Below are positions 1-9,572 of a stretch of DNA of 32,000 nucleotides, in pieces (within the stretch, counting starts at the first letter, position 1; each line of letters begins with the position of its first letter). The DNA is from Alkalilimnicola ehrlichii MLHE-1 (lineage in GTDB: Bacteria; Pseudomonadota; Gammaproteobacteria; Nitrococcales; Halorhodospiraceae), in assembly GCF_000014785.1 (NCBI RefSeq), contig NC_008340.1, positions 2,760,001 through 2,792,000 on the forward strand, given 5' to 3'. Position numbers and translations under genes: made by a program. Under the pieces are notes generated by a model that had not been told where the DNA came from, did no database searches, and saw only the letters and a list, made by a program, of their open reading frames with translations.

Positions 1-675
1 ATGGAGAACAACCTTCTGCCGGGCGAGCACTGGCAGGACGTTCTCTATTACTCGGAAGGCCAACTACCGGACCACGAATTGAAGTGGCTGCCGAGGCCCT
101 GCATGCAATGTGAAGATGCCACCTGCGTCACGGTCTGCCCGACGGGGGCAACCTATAAGGATGCGGAGGCGGGCGGCGTGGTTTTCATCGACTGGGACCG
201 CTGCATCGGCTGCAAATATTGCATCGTGGCCTGCCCCTATGGTGTGCGCTTCTCCACGGCCGAGCTCAAAACGCAGTCGCCGGACATGCGCGAGGTCTTT
301 CCCAGCGGCGACGGCCACACCTGGAATCCGCCCTGGAGGGCGCCGGATTCCCGGGACAACCCCAAACGCGGGATCGGCATCCCGCCGAAGAATGTGGTGA
401 GCAAGTGCACCTTTTGTCATCACCGCACCTCCACCGCCCCCGCCGACACGGCGGATCTCGATCCGAGCAACCCGGACCTGCGCGAGCATACGCCGGCCTG
501 TGTGGTGACCTGCGCCCCCGGGGCCCGTTACTTTGGCGACCTCAACAACCCGAACAGCCAGGTGTCCAAGCTCATCGCAGAGCACAACGGGCAACCGGTG
601 CTGAGTCACCTGAAGAACAAGCCGCAGGTGTATTACCTCGGCCGCAAGCGCGCTTCGCCGTCCCGGAGCAGTTGA
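1..675 (+). CDS. 4Fe-4S electron-transfer (beta) subunit of a molybdopterin/DMSO-reductase-family oxidoreductase; N-terminus truncated by the window edge
   Basis: Cys groups CMQCEDATCVTVCP, CIGCKYCIVACP and CTFCHHR...CVVTCAP are typical of DmsB/PsrB/NrfC/ArrB-type proteins. The first CxxCxxCxxxC group is absent, so the ATG at position 1 is an internal Met. Confidence 0.85.
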   Translation: MENNLLPGEHWQDVLYYSEGQLPDHELKWLPRPCMQCEDATCVTVCPTGATYKDAEAGGVVFIDWDRCIGCKYCIVACPYGVRFSTAELKTQSPDMREVFPSGDGHTWNPPWRAPDSRDNPKRGIGIPPKNVVSKCTFCHHRTSTAPADTADLDPSNPDLREHTPACVVTCAPGARYFGDLNNPNSQVSKLIAEHNGQPVLSHLKNKPQVYYLGRKRASPSRSS

Positions 676-676
676 G

Positions 677-1510
677 GTGGGGGTGGATGATACGTCGGGC
701 CTGTCGTTGCAGGGCGAACTGCTCGCCTGCCTTGGGCAGGCGATGCAACCTCCGCGCTCGGATGCGTTCTTCAACGCGTTGCGGGATGGGTTGGTGGACG
801 ATATCGCCGACCTATGCGGGGCACTCGGGGCGGAGTCCGTAGCCGCCGATCTGCCACCGTTGCGTTGCGCGTTGGGCGAGGTGGAGGATCGGGAGTCGTT
901 GCTATTGGCCTACAGCGTGTTGTTTCTCGCGCCCCCGCCCAAGGTGCGCCTCAACCTGGTCCGATTGATGGATGGGGCTTCCAGTGGTGCCGGTCTCGGC
1001 TACCTGGACGAAATGCTGGCCAGGCACCAGCTCAACCTCCGCTCCGAACACCGGGAACTGCCGGATCACCTCACGGTGGTTCTGGAGTTGGCCGCCTGCC
1101 TGATCAGCCGGGGTGAGCAAGGCAATGACCAGGCAGAACGAGACGCCAAGGCCTTGCTGCAACAAATGGTGGCACCGGCAGCCCGACACCTTGCCGAAAC
1201 GGCGGCCGACGTGGAGCAGGCACATGGCCTGCCCAAGGTCTACTCACGGCTGCTGGCGCTGATCGGCACGACCGGCCAGGACCCGGATGGCTGTCTGCTT
1301 CCCGGCACCCGTTCGGTTGCCGGGGAGGCCACCGGTGCGAGCAAATCCGCGCCGGACACCGGCCCAGCCATGGCCGCCTGCGCGCGCTGCGGGACACCTT
1401 TCGTGAGCCTGCGCGACCAGGCGGTGCTGATCGCGCATTTACAGGAGGCGGGAGCGCCGGCCGATCATCTGCACGTCTGTCCCGACTGCCGCACGGGGCC
1501 CGGCGGCTGA
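677..1510 (+). CDS. TorD/DmsD/NarJ-family redox-enzyme maturation chaperone with a C-terminal CxxC...CxxC zinc-ribbon-like tail
   Basis: Family motifs LLAYSVLFLAPPP and ELPDHLTVVLELAACL (E-x-P-D-H-L). GTG start 2 nt after the upstream stop, with an alternative GTG at 683 behind GAGGTGG. The tail reads CARCG...CPDCR. Confidence 0.75.
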   Translation: MGVDDTSGLSLQGELLACLGQAMQPPRSDAFFNALRDGLVDDIADLCGALGAESVAADLPPLRCALGEVEDRESLLLAYSVLFLAPPPKVRLNLVRLMDGASSGAGLGYLDEMLARHQLNLRSEHRELPDHLTVVLELAACLISRGEQGNDQAERDAKALLQQMVAPAARHLAETAADVEQAHGLPKVYSRLLALIGTTGQDPDGCLLPGTRSVAGEATGASKSAPDTGPAMAACARCGTPFVSLRDQAVLIAHLQEAGAPADHLHVCPDCRTGPGG

Positions 1511-1583
1511 GGGCTTGGCGCGGTGCAGGGCGACACCCCTGGATGCTTCCAGGGAGGCTTCCAGCCCCGGCCAGGGGTGCGGG

Positions 1584-3026
1584 TCACCGGGACTCCACCG
1601 GCAGGCAGCCCTGTGCGGCCAGGCGCAGGCAGGCGTCCACCACCTCCGGGTCGTAGAGCCTGCCGCGCTTGGCGCGCAGTTCGTCCAGCGCCGCGGCCAG
1701 CCCCAGGGCGGGCCGGTAGGGGCGGTGGGAGGAGATGGCCTCGACCACGTCGGCTACGGCCAGAATGCGTGCTTCCAGCAGGATGGCCTCCCCCCGCAGG
1801 CCGTCCGGGTAACCGGAGCCGTCCAGCCGCTCGTGGTGTTGGCGAATGATCTCCGCCACCGGCCAGGGGAACTCGATCCCCTTGATGATCTCGTAGCCGA
1901 CGGCCGGATGGGTCTTGATCATCTCGAACTCGAGGTCACTCAGCCGCCCCGGGCGCGAGAGGATCTCCACGGGGATGGCGACCTTGCCGATGTCGTGGAT
2001 GGCGCCGGCCACATGCAGCCCCTTGCGCCGCGCATCATCCAGGCCCAGTTCCTCGGCGATCACCTCGGCGATCTCGGTGGTGCGCTGCTGGTGGCCGGCG
2101 GTATAGGGATCGCGCACCTCGATGGTGGCGGCGATGGCCTCAATGGTGCGTTCCAGTGACTGCTCCAGCGCCTGCTGGGCCCGCTGACTCTCCGCGCGAT
2201 CCTGCTGGCTGCGGACGCCATAGGCCAGATCACCGGCCAACTCCATCAGCCGTGCCACCTCGTCGGGGTCGGCGAAGGGGGCGGGCCTCCGGCTCTCCAC
2301 CTGCAGGCAGCCCAAGTCGCCCCTGGCGTCCCGCAACGGCAGCAACAGCGTCCGGACACCAGCGTCCGAGGATGCCGGGGCCGGCAACCCCAGGCAGGGA
2401 GCGTCCGGCACCGCCACGTCCTCCGCCTCGGCGACCGGTGGGTAGCAGGGACCGCCGATGAGCATGATCAACGCCCTGGCATAGCCCCCCTTCCGCACCA
2501 GCACGTCATGCATATTGGCCAGCAGGTCGTCCAGGCCATCGGCATGCACCAGGGCCTGGTTGCCAGCGGACAGGGTGCGCAGGGCGCGGGTGCGCTCCGC
2601 CACTAGCGCCTCCAGTCGCTGCTGCGAGGCGTGCAGGGCCAGATGGCTCTGCACCCGCACCAGCACCTCCTCGGCGACGAAGGGCTTGGTGATGTAATCC
2701 ACCGCCCCCACCGCGAAGCCCCGGACCTTGTCGGCGGGCTCGCACAGGGCGCTGAGGAAGATCACGGGGATGTCGTGGCGGGCCGGATCGGCCTTGAGAC
2801 GACGGCAGACCTCGTAGCCGTCCAGGTCCGGCATGCGGATATCCAGCAGGATCAGGTCCGCGGGCCGGGCCTGCACCGAGTCCAACGCCAGCCGGCCGCT
2901 GGGCGCTACCCGGACAGCGTAGCCCCCCTCGCGTAACACGCTGACCATGAGCCGCAGGTTGGCGGGGTTGTCGTCCACCACCAGCACCTCGCCCGAGGCC
3001 TGCGGTTCCGGGGCCGTGGCACTCAT
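1584..3026 (-). CDS. Response regulator: REC, central GAF-like segment and HD-GYP c-di-GMP phosphodiesterase domain
   Basis: REC motifs [11 protein letters not shown] and [21 protein letters not shown] motifs HDIGKV and [14 protein letters not shown]. The ATG overlaps the kinase stop (ATGA at 3023-3026). Confidence 0.9.
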   Translation of the reverse strand: MSATAPEPQASGEVLVVDDNPANLRLMVSVLREGGYAVRVAPSGRLALDSVQARPADLILLDIRMPDLDGYEVCRRLKADPARHDIPVIFLSALCEPADKVRGFAVGAVDYITKPFVAEEVLVRVQSHLALHASQQRLEALVAERTRALRTLSAGNQALVHADGLDDLLANMHDVLVRKGGYARALIMLIGGPCYPPVAEAEDVAVPDAPCLGLPAPASSDAGVRTLLLPLRDARGDLGCLQVESRRPAPFADPDEVARLMELAGDLAYGVRSQQDRAESQRAQQALEQSLERTIEAIAATIEVRDPYTAGHQQRTTEIAEVIAEELGLDDARRKGLHVAGAIHDIGKVAIPVEILSRPGRLSDLEFEMIKTHPAVGYEIIKGIEFPWPVAEIIRQHHERLDGSGYPDGLRGEAILLEARILAVADVVEAISSHRPYRPALGLAAALDELRAKRGRLYDPEVVDACLRLAAQGCLPVESR

Positions 3027-4912
3027 GCGCCGCCCCCACCGTTGAGCGCCGTGAGGATCTCCTGATAGCGGAAGGCCTGGACCTGGGCCCGCAGCGCCGG
3101 GGCCAGCACCGCGTCCTGCTCCCCGATGTCACGCACCAGGGCCTCCAGGGCATCCAGATCGCCGGCGCGGAGCGCCTGCGCCAGCGCCCGGCGCTGATCC
3201 GCCGGGAGGGCCTGCAGGCGCTGGCCGAAGTCCTCCGGGACGCGATCCGCCGGGTGAACCTCGGCCGGGGGCTCCGGCGTCCCCTCAGCGTAGCGGTAGT
3301 TCAAGCCCAGGTGCCGGCGCGGCGCCGGCTGGCGCTCCCGCTCCTCGTCCACTGCCGGCACCAGTGGCAGGCTCACCGTGAACCGGGAACCCTCGCCGGA
3401 GGTGCTCTCCAGGCCAATCTCCCCGCCCATCAGCTCGACGAACTCGCGGGTGATGGGCAGCCCAAGGCCGGTGCCCTCGGTGGTGCCCACCCGGCCGCTC
3501 TGCACGAAGGGCTCGAAGACCCGGTCCTGGTCCTCCACAGGGATCCCGCGACCGGTGTCGGCGACCGCCAGCAGCAGGCCATCGTGACCCCCGCTCGGCT
3601 CCGCGGACTGGCGCCGGGCGCTGAGCACGACCCGGCCGGCGTCGGTGTACTTGACCGCGTTGCTGACCAAGTTGATAAGGATCTGGCGCAGTTTGCGGCC
3701 GTCGCTGAGGATGTGGCGCGGCAGGTCCTCCGCCACCTCCAGGGTCAGGGTCAGGCCCTTGCCCTCCGCCCGGTGGCGCAGGGCCTCCACCGCATCCTCG
3801 AGCGTGCGCGGCAGGTCCACCACGCCCTCCTCCAGGGTCTGGCGTCCGGACTCGATCTTGGCCATGTCCAGGACATCGTTGATCAGCGACAGCAGGTGCT
3901 CGCCGTTGCGCTCCACGAAACCGAGCTGTTCGCGCTGGTCTGGGGTGGCCTGCGGGGCCTGTCCCGCCAGGCGGGCGAAGCCGAGAATGGCGTTGAGCGG
4001 CGTGCGCAGTTCGTGGCTCATGTTGGCCAGGAAGACGCTCTTGGCGCGGTTGGCCTCTTCGGCCGACTGACGCGCCTGCTCCAGTTCGGCGGTCCGCTCC
4101 CGCACCCGCTGCTCCAGGCCTTCGTTCAGTCGTTGGATCTCCCGCGTGGCCGCGTGCTGGAAGCGGGCATCACGCAGCACCCGTTGGCCGCTGTACCCCA
4201 GCCCCAGCAGGCCGAGCAGCCAGATGCCGGCGAAGGCGCCCAGGGTCCGGCCCATGGCCACCTCCTCGTGCGCCTGATAGCCGGACAGGGGCACGGCCAC
4301 CGAGACCCCACCGCGGATGTCCCCCACCTGATAGCCCTGGTGGGCATGGCACTGGAGGCACCCCCGGTCGGTCTCCATGGGGGCCATATAGCGCAGGTAG
4401 GGTTCCTGCTCGATGTAGGCCACCTCCAGGCGTTCGTCGACCCCGTCCTCGAAGGCCTCCAGGGCATCGCGCTCCCAGTCGTCGGGGGCGTTCTCGGGCC
4501 GCAGCGGATCGAGGCTGGTGATGTTGCCGCGCACGCCGAAGAGATCGCCGAACTGCTCGTTGAGCTGGCGCAGCATGTAGGCGGGGTTCATCAGGGTCAG
4601 CTCCTGACCGCCGGGGGTGGTGATATCCCGTTCGGGCAGATGGGCCAGGTAGGGGTTGCGCGGGGTCTGGTCACTGACCGGCACATAGACACCGCCGTGC
4701 AGGGTGCCCCAGAAGCGGAAGGCCTGGTCCTTGTTGAAGTTGGCCCGGGCCTCCTGGTAGGCCAGCTCCACGGTCAGGCCCTGGAAGTGCCCCACCAGCC
4801 ACCAGGACAGGCCACCAAAGGTGGCCGTCCAGCCCGCCAGCGCCAGCACCAGGTACAGACGCAGCCGGCGGATGCGGCGATCAGCGCCTTCGCGGGTGGC
4901 CGGGGCAGGCAT
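3023..4912 (-). CDS. Sensor histidine kinase with periplasmic DUF3365-type (c-type heme CxxCH) sensor domain
   Basis: N-terminal TM helix, then a periplasmic segment ...[22 protein letters not shown]...RGGVSVAVP, then a second TM helix. H-box SHELRTPLN; ATPase boxes [18 protein letters not shown] and GTGLGL. About 110 extra C-terminal residues of unknown type. Confidence 0.85.
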   Translation of the reverse strand: MPAPATREGADRRIRRLRLYLVLALAGWTATFGGLSWWLVGHFQGLTVELAYQEARANFNKDQAFRFWGTLHGGVYVPVSDQTPRNPYLAHLPERDITTPGGQELTLMNPAYMLRQLNEQFGDLFGVRGNITSLDPLRPENAPDDWERDALEAFEDGVDERLEVAYIEQEPYLRYMAPMETDRGCLQCHAHQGYQVGDIRGGVSVAVPLSGYQAHEEVAMGRTLGAFAGIWLLGLLGLGYSGQRVLRDARFQHAATREIQRLNEGLEQRVRERTAELEQARQSAEEANRAKSVFLANMSHELRTPLNAILGFARLAGQAPQATPDQREQLGFVERNGEHLLSLINDVLDMAKIESGRQTLEEGVVDLPRTLEDAVEALRHRAEGKGLTLTLEVAEDLPRHILSDGRKLRQILINLVSNAVKYTDAGRVVLSARRQSAEPSGGHDGLLLAVADTGRGIPVEDQDRVFEPFVQSGRVGTTEGTGLGLPITREFVELMGGEIGLESTSGEGSRFTVSLPLVPAVDEERERQPAPRRHLGLNYRYAEGTPEPPAEVHPADRVPEDFGQRLQALPADQRRALAQALRAGDLDALEALVRDIGEQDAVLAPALRAQVQAFRYQEILTALNGGGGA

Positions 4913-4947
4913 TAGGGCGTTCCATCCCGTTTGCGGTGTCTATCCCT

Positions 4948-4956
4948 ATTCTAGCA
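4948..4956 (-). promoter_or_regulatory. Candidate extended -10 promoter (TGcTAGAAT) for the kinase/HD-GYP operon
   Basis: The minus strand reads ccTTGCTAGAATagg about 36 nt upstream of the kinase ATG (4912). The hexamer matches TATAAT at 5/6 and carries the TGn extension. No good -35 element. Confidence 0.3.
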
Positions 4957-4982
4957 AGGGGTTTTTGCGGCGGATACCGGGG

Positions 4983-5297
4983 TCACTCCTCCGTGCGAAG
5001 CGCACCACAGTTCCAGCAGGCGTCAAACTGTCCGCCCAGGGTCTCGCCGCACCGCGGGCAGGTCCAGTCGGGCCCGGGATCGGCCTCGCGGGCCTTGAGC
5101 TCCTGCAGCAGGGTCCGTGCGCGCTGCTCATCCTCGTCGGCCACCCAGATCTCCGGCCAAACCTCGTTCACCGGCAGCTCGCCGGCCCCGCCGCCAAGAA
5201 ATTCGTTACGCAGTTGGCAGGGGATGCCGGCGTCCTCCAGCGCCTGGCGGTAGCGCTCCACCAGCATCCGGTTCTCAACACTGAAGACCCGCTTCAT
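4983..5297 (-). CDS. DUF2007-type small protein (putative signal-transducing fold) with C-terminal CxxC...CxxC zinc ribbon
   Basis: MKRVFSVENRMLVERYRQALEDAGIPCQL...CPRCGETLGGQFDACWNCG. ATG at 5297 overlaps the upstream MAPEG stop (ATGA 5294-5297). The longer ORF start at 5393 was rejected. Confidence 0.7.
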   Translation of the reverse strand: MKRVFSVENRMLVERYRQALEDAGIPCQLRNEFLGGGAGELPVNEVWPEIWVADEDEQRARTLLQELKAREADPGPDWTCPRCGETLGGQFDACWNCGALRTEE

Positions 5298-5680
5298 CCG
5301 GCCACCCCCGCGGCGATGAACAGCCCCAGGATGCAGGCAAAGGCCGCCATCCAGACCAGGCTGCGCAGGCCAGGGCGGTCGCCGATATAGCATAGGCCGT
5401 AGAGCAATCGCAGGAGAATGAAGAGGACCGCCAGGGTGTCCACGGCACCCTGGGCGGCACCCACCTGGTGGGCGATGATCACCGCGGCGGCGAAGGGCGG
5501 AAAGGCCTCGAACTGGTTCTGCTGGGCCCAGTTGGCCCGCTGGCGCCAGCCCTCCAGCGCCGCCAGGTAGGCGCGGGGCGTGCGGTTATCGAACCCCGGC
5601 CCGCCGCCGAATTTGGCCGCACCGGCAAAGACAAACGGCAGCAGCGCCGCCGCCAGGACCATCCAGTAGCCAAGGGTCAT
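5294..5680 (-). CDS. MAPEG-family small membrane protein
   Basis: 128 aa with 3-4 hydrophobic helices. The segments RANWAQQNQFEAFPPFAAAVII and LLRLLYGLCYIGD are typical of the bacterial MAPEG family. Confidence 0.7.
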   Translation of the reverse strand: MTLGYWMVLAAALLPFVFAGAAKFGGGPGFDNRTPRAYLAALEGWRQRANWAQQNQFEAFPPFAAAVIIAHQVGAAQGAVDTLAVLFILLRLLYGLCYIGDRPGLRSLVWMAAFACILGLFIAAGVAG

Positions 5681-5733
5681 CGGGCCTCCTCCCGCGACGG
5701 GTGCCGACGGCGATGCGACCGCCGGCGCCCGGA

Positions 5734-6618
5734 TCAGCGCCTGCGGACCGGGATGTGGTCCGCCCTGATGCTGACGGTATCACCTTCGCGCCGCTGGGGC
5801 AGGCCCTCGCTGGCCCAGGCGTGGCCGTAGACCACCTCCCAACTGGCGGGGATGCGGCCGTCCGGCCCCCGGTAGGCCGCCTCGTAGGCCTGGCACATGG
5901 CCTGCAGCCGGCGCCGGGTGGTGAGACCACGGCCCCGTCCGCTTGCGGCGTTACGCGCCCCCAGGCCGCGCAGGTCGTGCAGCACCCCCATGGGGTCCCC
6001 GTAAGTCAGGGTGAACGACTCCATGTCCATCACCGGGTCGGCGAAGCGGGCCTGCACCAGGGCGTCCCCCACGTCGTGCATATCGATAAATTCGTGCACA
6101 TGGGGCTTGTCATCCACCTGCGCCCAGGCCGCGCGCAGCTCCTTCAGCGTGTCCGGGCCAAAGCTGGAGAACATCAGCAGCCCGCCGGGCCGCAGGACCC
6201 GCTGGAACTCGGCGAAGACCCGGTGCAGGTCCGGCATCCACTGCAGGGCGAGGTTGGAGAACACCATATCGACGCTCTCCGCAGCCAGCGGCAGGCGCTC
6301 GGCGTCGCCGCAGAGGGTGCGGATCGGCCGTAGCCAGCGGCCCCGGCGCCGGGTGGCCCGGAGCATGCTGGGGGCATGGTCCAGGCCAATCACCCGCGCC
6401 TTGCGGTAGTGATCCTGCAGTGCCCGGGTGCAGAAGCCGGTGCCACAGCCCACATCGACGATGATCGCGGGCTGCATCAGGATGACGTGCAGGCGCTCCA
6501 TCAACCGCTCGCCGACTTCCCGTTGGAGTACGGCGACCTGGTCATAGCTGTCGGCGGCCCGGTGGAAGTTACGGCGGACCTGGCGCTTGTCGAGAGGGGT
6601 TCGAGTCATGGTCGGCAT
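5734..6618 (-). CDS. bioC: Malonyl-ACP O-methyltransferase BioC
   Basis: SAM-binding VDVGCGTGF, BioC-like N-terminus KRQVRRNFHRAADSYDQVAVLQREV, and position in the bio operon. ATG at 6618 (MPTMTRT). The 556-aa ORF extension upstream runs through bioH in another frame. Confidence 0.9.
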   Translation of the reverse strand: MPTMTRTPLDKRQVRRNFHRAADSYDQVAVLQREVGERLMERLHVILMQPAIIVDVGCGTGFCTRALQDHYRKARVIGLDHAPSMLRATRRRGRWLRPIRTLCGDAERLPLAAESVDMVFSNLALQWMPDLHRVFAEFQRVLRPGGLLMFSSFGPDTLKELRAAWAQVDDKPHVHEFIDMHDVGDALVQARFADPVMDMESFTLTYGDPMGVLHDLRGLGARNAASGRGRGLTTRRRLQAMCQAYEAAYRGPDGRIPASWEVVYGHAWASEGLPQRREGDTVSIRADHIPVRRR

Positions 6619-7367
6619 TGCTGACTGAGGAGGTGAAGGTGACCGGCAACCCACTCGGGGTGGGTCAGGAACGGCAGATGGCCGGCCTCGGGATGATACG
6701 CCATCCGCGCCCGGGGCATCGCCCGGGCGGCCTCTTTGGCGGCACCGTCGGGGACAAGCGGATCGCGACCACCGGCAAGCCAGGTGGTCGGGCGGTCGAT
6801 GGCGGCCAGCCGGCCGCGCAGGTCGGTGTCGCGCAGCAGGCTCAGGCCCGGCTCCAGGGCCGTCGCCGGACCGGGGCCACGGCGCCGCCACGGGCGCAGC
6901 GCCTCGCGGTCCCCGGCCCCCGCCCGGCCCAACAGGGCGTGGAAGCCACGGAGGGTCCGGCGCGCGTCCTCCGCCAGCCCTCCGATCATGGCATCCAGCT
7001 CCTCCCGGAGCAGGCCGTAAGGCCAACCGTCCCGTTGGCAGAAGCAGGGGGTGGCGGCGAGGAGCAGCAGCGCTCGGGGTCGCGCGCCCCGGGCAGCGGC
7101 GGCCAGCAGCGGCAGGGCCCCCAGCGACCAGCCCACCCAGATGGCGTCCTCGGGGACCGCCAGGCGGACGGCGTCGGCCCAAGCCTCCAGGCCGGCATCC
7201 GCTGGCAGTGGCGCGCTCCCACCATGCCCCGGCAGGTCCGTTCGGGTGACCCGCCAACGCTGCGTCAGGCGGGGCAGCCAGGGGTCGAAGACCCGGTGGT
7301 CGAAGCCCCAGCCGTGAACCAGCACCAGGCCCTCCGGGCCCCGCCCTTCGGTGACCGCACGCATCAT
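6606..7367 (-). CDS. bioH: Pimeloyl-ACP methyl ester carboxylesterase BioH (alpha/beta hydrolase)
   Basis: LVLVHGWGF, nucleophile elbow GWSLG, and C-terminal GHLPFLTHP. The start overlaps the bioF stop (ATGA 7364-7367). Confidence 0.85.
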   Translation of the reverse strand: MMRAVTEGRGPEGLVLVHGWGFDHRVFDPWLPRLTQRWRVTRTDLPGHGGSAPLPADAGLEAWADAVRLAVPEDAIWVGWSLGALPLLAAAARGARPRALLLLAATPCFCQRDGWPYGLLREELDAMIGGLAEDARRTLRGFHALLGRAGAGDREALRPWRRRGPGPATALEPGLSLLRDTDLRGRLAAIDRPTTWLAGGRDPLVPDGAAKEAARAMPRARMAYHPEAGHLPFLTHPEWVAGHLHLLSQQCRP

Positions 7368-8539
7368 TGGCCCAGGACCTGTCCCAGCGCAGCCACCAGG
7401 CCATCCACCTGCTGGGGCGTGTGGGCGGCGCTGAGGGTGACGCGCAGGCGGGCGGTGCCCTTGGGGACAGTGGGGGGCCGGATGGCGGTGACCAGGTAGC
7501 CGCGCTCCTCCAGCGCGCGGCTGGCCTGTAACGCCTGATCGGCCTCGCCCACCACGATCGGCTGGATAGGGGTCTCGGAGGGCATCAGATCCAGTCCCAA
7601 GTCGGCGATGCCCGCCCGGAAGCGCCGGACCAGGGCGCGCAGGTGTTCGCGCCGCCAGGTTTCGTGGCGGGCCAGGCGCACCGCCTCGACGGTGGCAGCG
7701 GTCTGGGCCGGGGACGGCGCGGTGGTGTAGATCCAGGTGCGCGCGGATTGGACCAGGTGGTCGATCAGGAGCCGGCGGCCGGCAACGAAGGCGCCGAAGC
7801 TGCCCACGGCCTTGCCCAGGGTACCGACCAGCACGGGCACATCGTCCTGATCCAGTCCGCTCTGTTCCAACAGCCCGCCGCCCTTCTCGCCCAGTACCCC
7901 CAGGCCATGGGCGTCGTCCACCATGAGCCAGGCACCGTGGTCCCGTGCCAGGCGGGCCAGCTCCGCCACCGGGGCGCGGTCGCCGTCCATGCTGAAGACA
8001 CCATCGGTGACGATCAGCCGGTGCCGCCCGCCATCCTCCGCGAGCCGCCGGGCCAGGTGGTCCACATCACCATGGCGGTAGCGGCGCAGCCGGGCGCCCG
8101 ACAGCCGGGCACCGTCCAGCAGCGAGGCGTGGTTAAGGCGGTCCTCGAACACGGTATCGCCGCGGCCCACGAGGGCGTCGATGACGCCGAGGTTGGCCAT
8201 GTATCCGGTGGAGAAGAGCAGTGCGGCCTCGCGGCCGGTCCAGTCGGCCAGGGCCCGTTCCAGCGCTTCGTGCTCCGGGCGGTGGCCACTGACCAGATGG
8301 GCGGCGCCGCTACCGGCACCCTGCTCTTCGGCCACCCGGGCCATGACCCGGCCGGGACGCGGATCGCTGGCCAGCCCGAGGTAGTCGTTGGCGCAGAAGA
8401 CGACGACGGTCCGGCCGTCGGCGGTGAGACCGCAGGCCCCGTCGACGCTCTTGAGCACGCGCGGGCTGCGGTAAAGCCCCTCCGCCCGGCGGGCGGCCAG
8501 GCCCTCGGACAGCATCCGGCTCAGGGCGCCGGCGTTCAT
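7364..8539 (-). CDS. bioF: 8-amino-7-oxononanoate synthase BioF
   Basis: PLP class-II aminotransferase layout with [10 protein letters not shown] and the lysine motif [12 protein letters not shown]. The start overlaps the bioB stop (ATGA 8536-8539). Confidence 0.92.
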   Translation of the reverse strand: MNAGALSRMLSEGLAARRAEGLYRSPRVLKSVDGACGLTADGRTVVVFCANDYLGLASDPRPGRVMARVAEEQGAGSGAAHLVSGHRPEHEALERALADWTGREAALLFSTGYMANLGVIDALVGRGDTVFEDRLNHASLLDGARLSGARLRRYRHGDVDHLARRLAEDGGRHRLIVTDGVFSMDGDRAPVAELARLARDHGAWLMVDDAHGLGVLGEKGGGLLEQSGLDQDDVPVLVGTLGKAVGSFGAFVAGRRLLIDHLVQSARTWIYTTAPSPAQTAATVEAVRLARHETWRREHLRALVRRFRAGIADLGLDLMPSETPIQPIVVGEADQALQASRALEERGYLVTAIRPPTVPKGTARLRVTLSAAHTPQQVDGLVAALGQVLGQ

Positions 8540-9531
8540 CCCAGGTCCTCGGCCTCGGCCTGGGCGCAGGCGTGCGCCTCAAACCCCATGCCCAGACGGG
8601 CCAGCAGGCGGCGGTCCTTGTCGGCCTCCGGGTTGCCGGTGGTGAGCAGCTTGTCGCCGTAGAAGATGCTGTTGGCGCCGGCCAGGAAGCAGAGGGCCTG
8701 CAGTTCGTCGGACATCTGCTCGCGGCCGGCGGAGAGGCGGACGTAGCTGGCCGGCATGAGGATGCGGGCGACGGCGATGGTGCGGACGAATTCGAAGGGG
8801 TCGGGGGGCTCGACGCCGTGCAGCGGGGTGCCGGGGACCTGGACGAGCTGGTTGATGGGGACGCTCTGCGGCTGCACCGGCAGGCTGGCCAGGGTACGCA
8901 GCAGTTCGGCGCGGTCCTGGCGGGTTTCGCCCATGCCGATGATGCCGCCGCAGCAGGTCTTGAGGCCGGCGTCGCGCACCCGGGCGAGGGTGTCGAGGCG
9001 GTCCTGGTAGCTGCGGGTGGTGATGATTTCGTCGTAGTAGTCCTCGGAGGTGTCGAGGTTGTGGTTGTAGTAGTCGAGCCCGGCCTCGCGCAGGCGTTCG
9101 GCCTGGCCGTCGCGGAGCATGCCGAGGGTGAGGCAGGTCTCGAGGCCCAGGGCCTTGACCTCGCGCACCATGGCCTCGACGGTCTCCAGGTCGCGGTCTT
9201 TGGGCGAGCGCCAGGCGGCGCCCATACAGAAGCGGGTAGCACCGGCGTCCCGGGCCCGGCGGGCGGCCGCCACCACCTCTTCCACGGCCAGGATTTGCTC
9301 GCGTTCCAGGCCGGTGTCGTAGCGCACGCTCTGGGGGCAGTATTTGCAGTCCTCCGGGCAGGCGCCGGTCTTGATGCTGAGCAGGGTGCTGACCTGGACG
9401 GTGTTGGGGTCGAAGTGGGCCCGGTGGGTGGTCTGGGCTTGGTGGAGCAGGTCGTTGAAGGGCTGCTCGAACAGGGCCAGGACTTCGTCTTTAGACCAGT
9501 CGTGGCGGGGTGTTTGGGTTGTGGCGGTCAT
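8536..9531 (-). CDS. bioB: Biotin synthase BioB (radical SAM)
   Basis: [22 protein letters not shown] and [11 protein letters not shown] at 9531 (MTATTQ) gives an E. coli-like length; an in-frame alternative ATG lies at 9549. The ORF-track start at 9765 runs through a repeat element. Confidence 0.93.
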   Translation of the reverse strand: MTATTQTPRHDWSKDEVLALFEQPFNDLLHQAQTTHRAHFDPNTVQVSTLLSIKTGACPEDCKYCPQSVRYDTGLEREQILAVEEVVAAARRARDAGATRFCMGAAWRSPKDRDLETVEAMVREVKALGLETCLTLGMLRDGQAERLREAGLDYYNHNLDTSEDYYDEIITTRSYQDRLDTLARVRDAGLKTCCGGIIGMGETRQDRAELLRTLASLPVQPQSVPINQLVQVPGTPLHGVEPPDPFEFVRTIAVARILMPASYVRLSAGREQMSDELQALCFLAGANSIFYGDKLLTTGNPEADKDRRLLARLGMGFEAHACAQAEAEDLG

Positions 9532-9572
9532 TGATTTGGTGGCTCCCATGCTCTTGGTGGCTCCCGGCTGGG

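Noticed and set aside
1-3. ATG at position 1 as the true start of the FeS-subunit gene
   Set aside because: The first of the four Cys clusters expected in this family is missing, so the gene continues upstream of the window.
1536-1555. Hairpin CCCTGGA-tgct-TCCAGGG between the convergent TorD-like and HD-GYP genes as a bidirectional terminator
   Set aside because: It is a 7-bp stem without a flanking T or A run on either side. Insufficient evidence.
3254-4915. 553-aa plus-strand ORF
   Set aside because: Antisense shadow of the histidine kinase gene. It has a biased Ala/Gly/Leu/Arg/Gln composition and no motifs, typical of high-GC DNA lacking stop codons in antisense frames.
5734-7404. 556-aa ORF suggesting a much longer BioC
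   Set aside because: The N-terminal 262 residues are an Arg/Pro/Gly-rich alternate-frame read-through of bioH. The BioC homology begins at MPTMTRT (ATG 6618).
8310-9242. 310-aa minus-strand ORF overlapping bioB and bioF
   Set aside because: Alternate frame of bioB with extreme Ala/Pro/Thr/Ser/Arg low complexity (TTTTTSTPP...). The bioB frame has the radical-SAM motifs.
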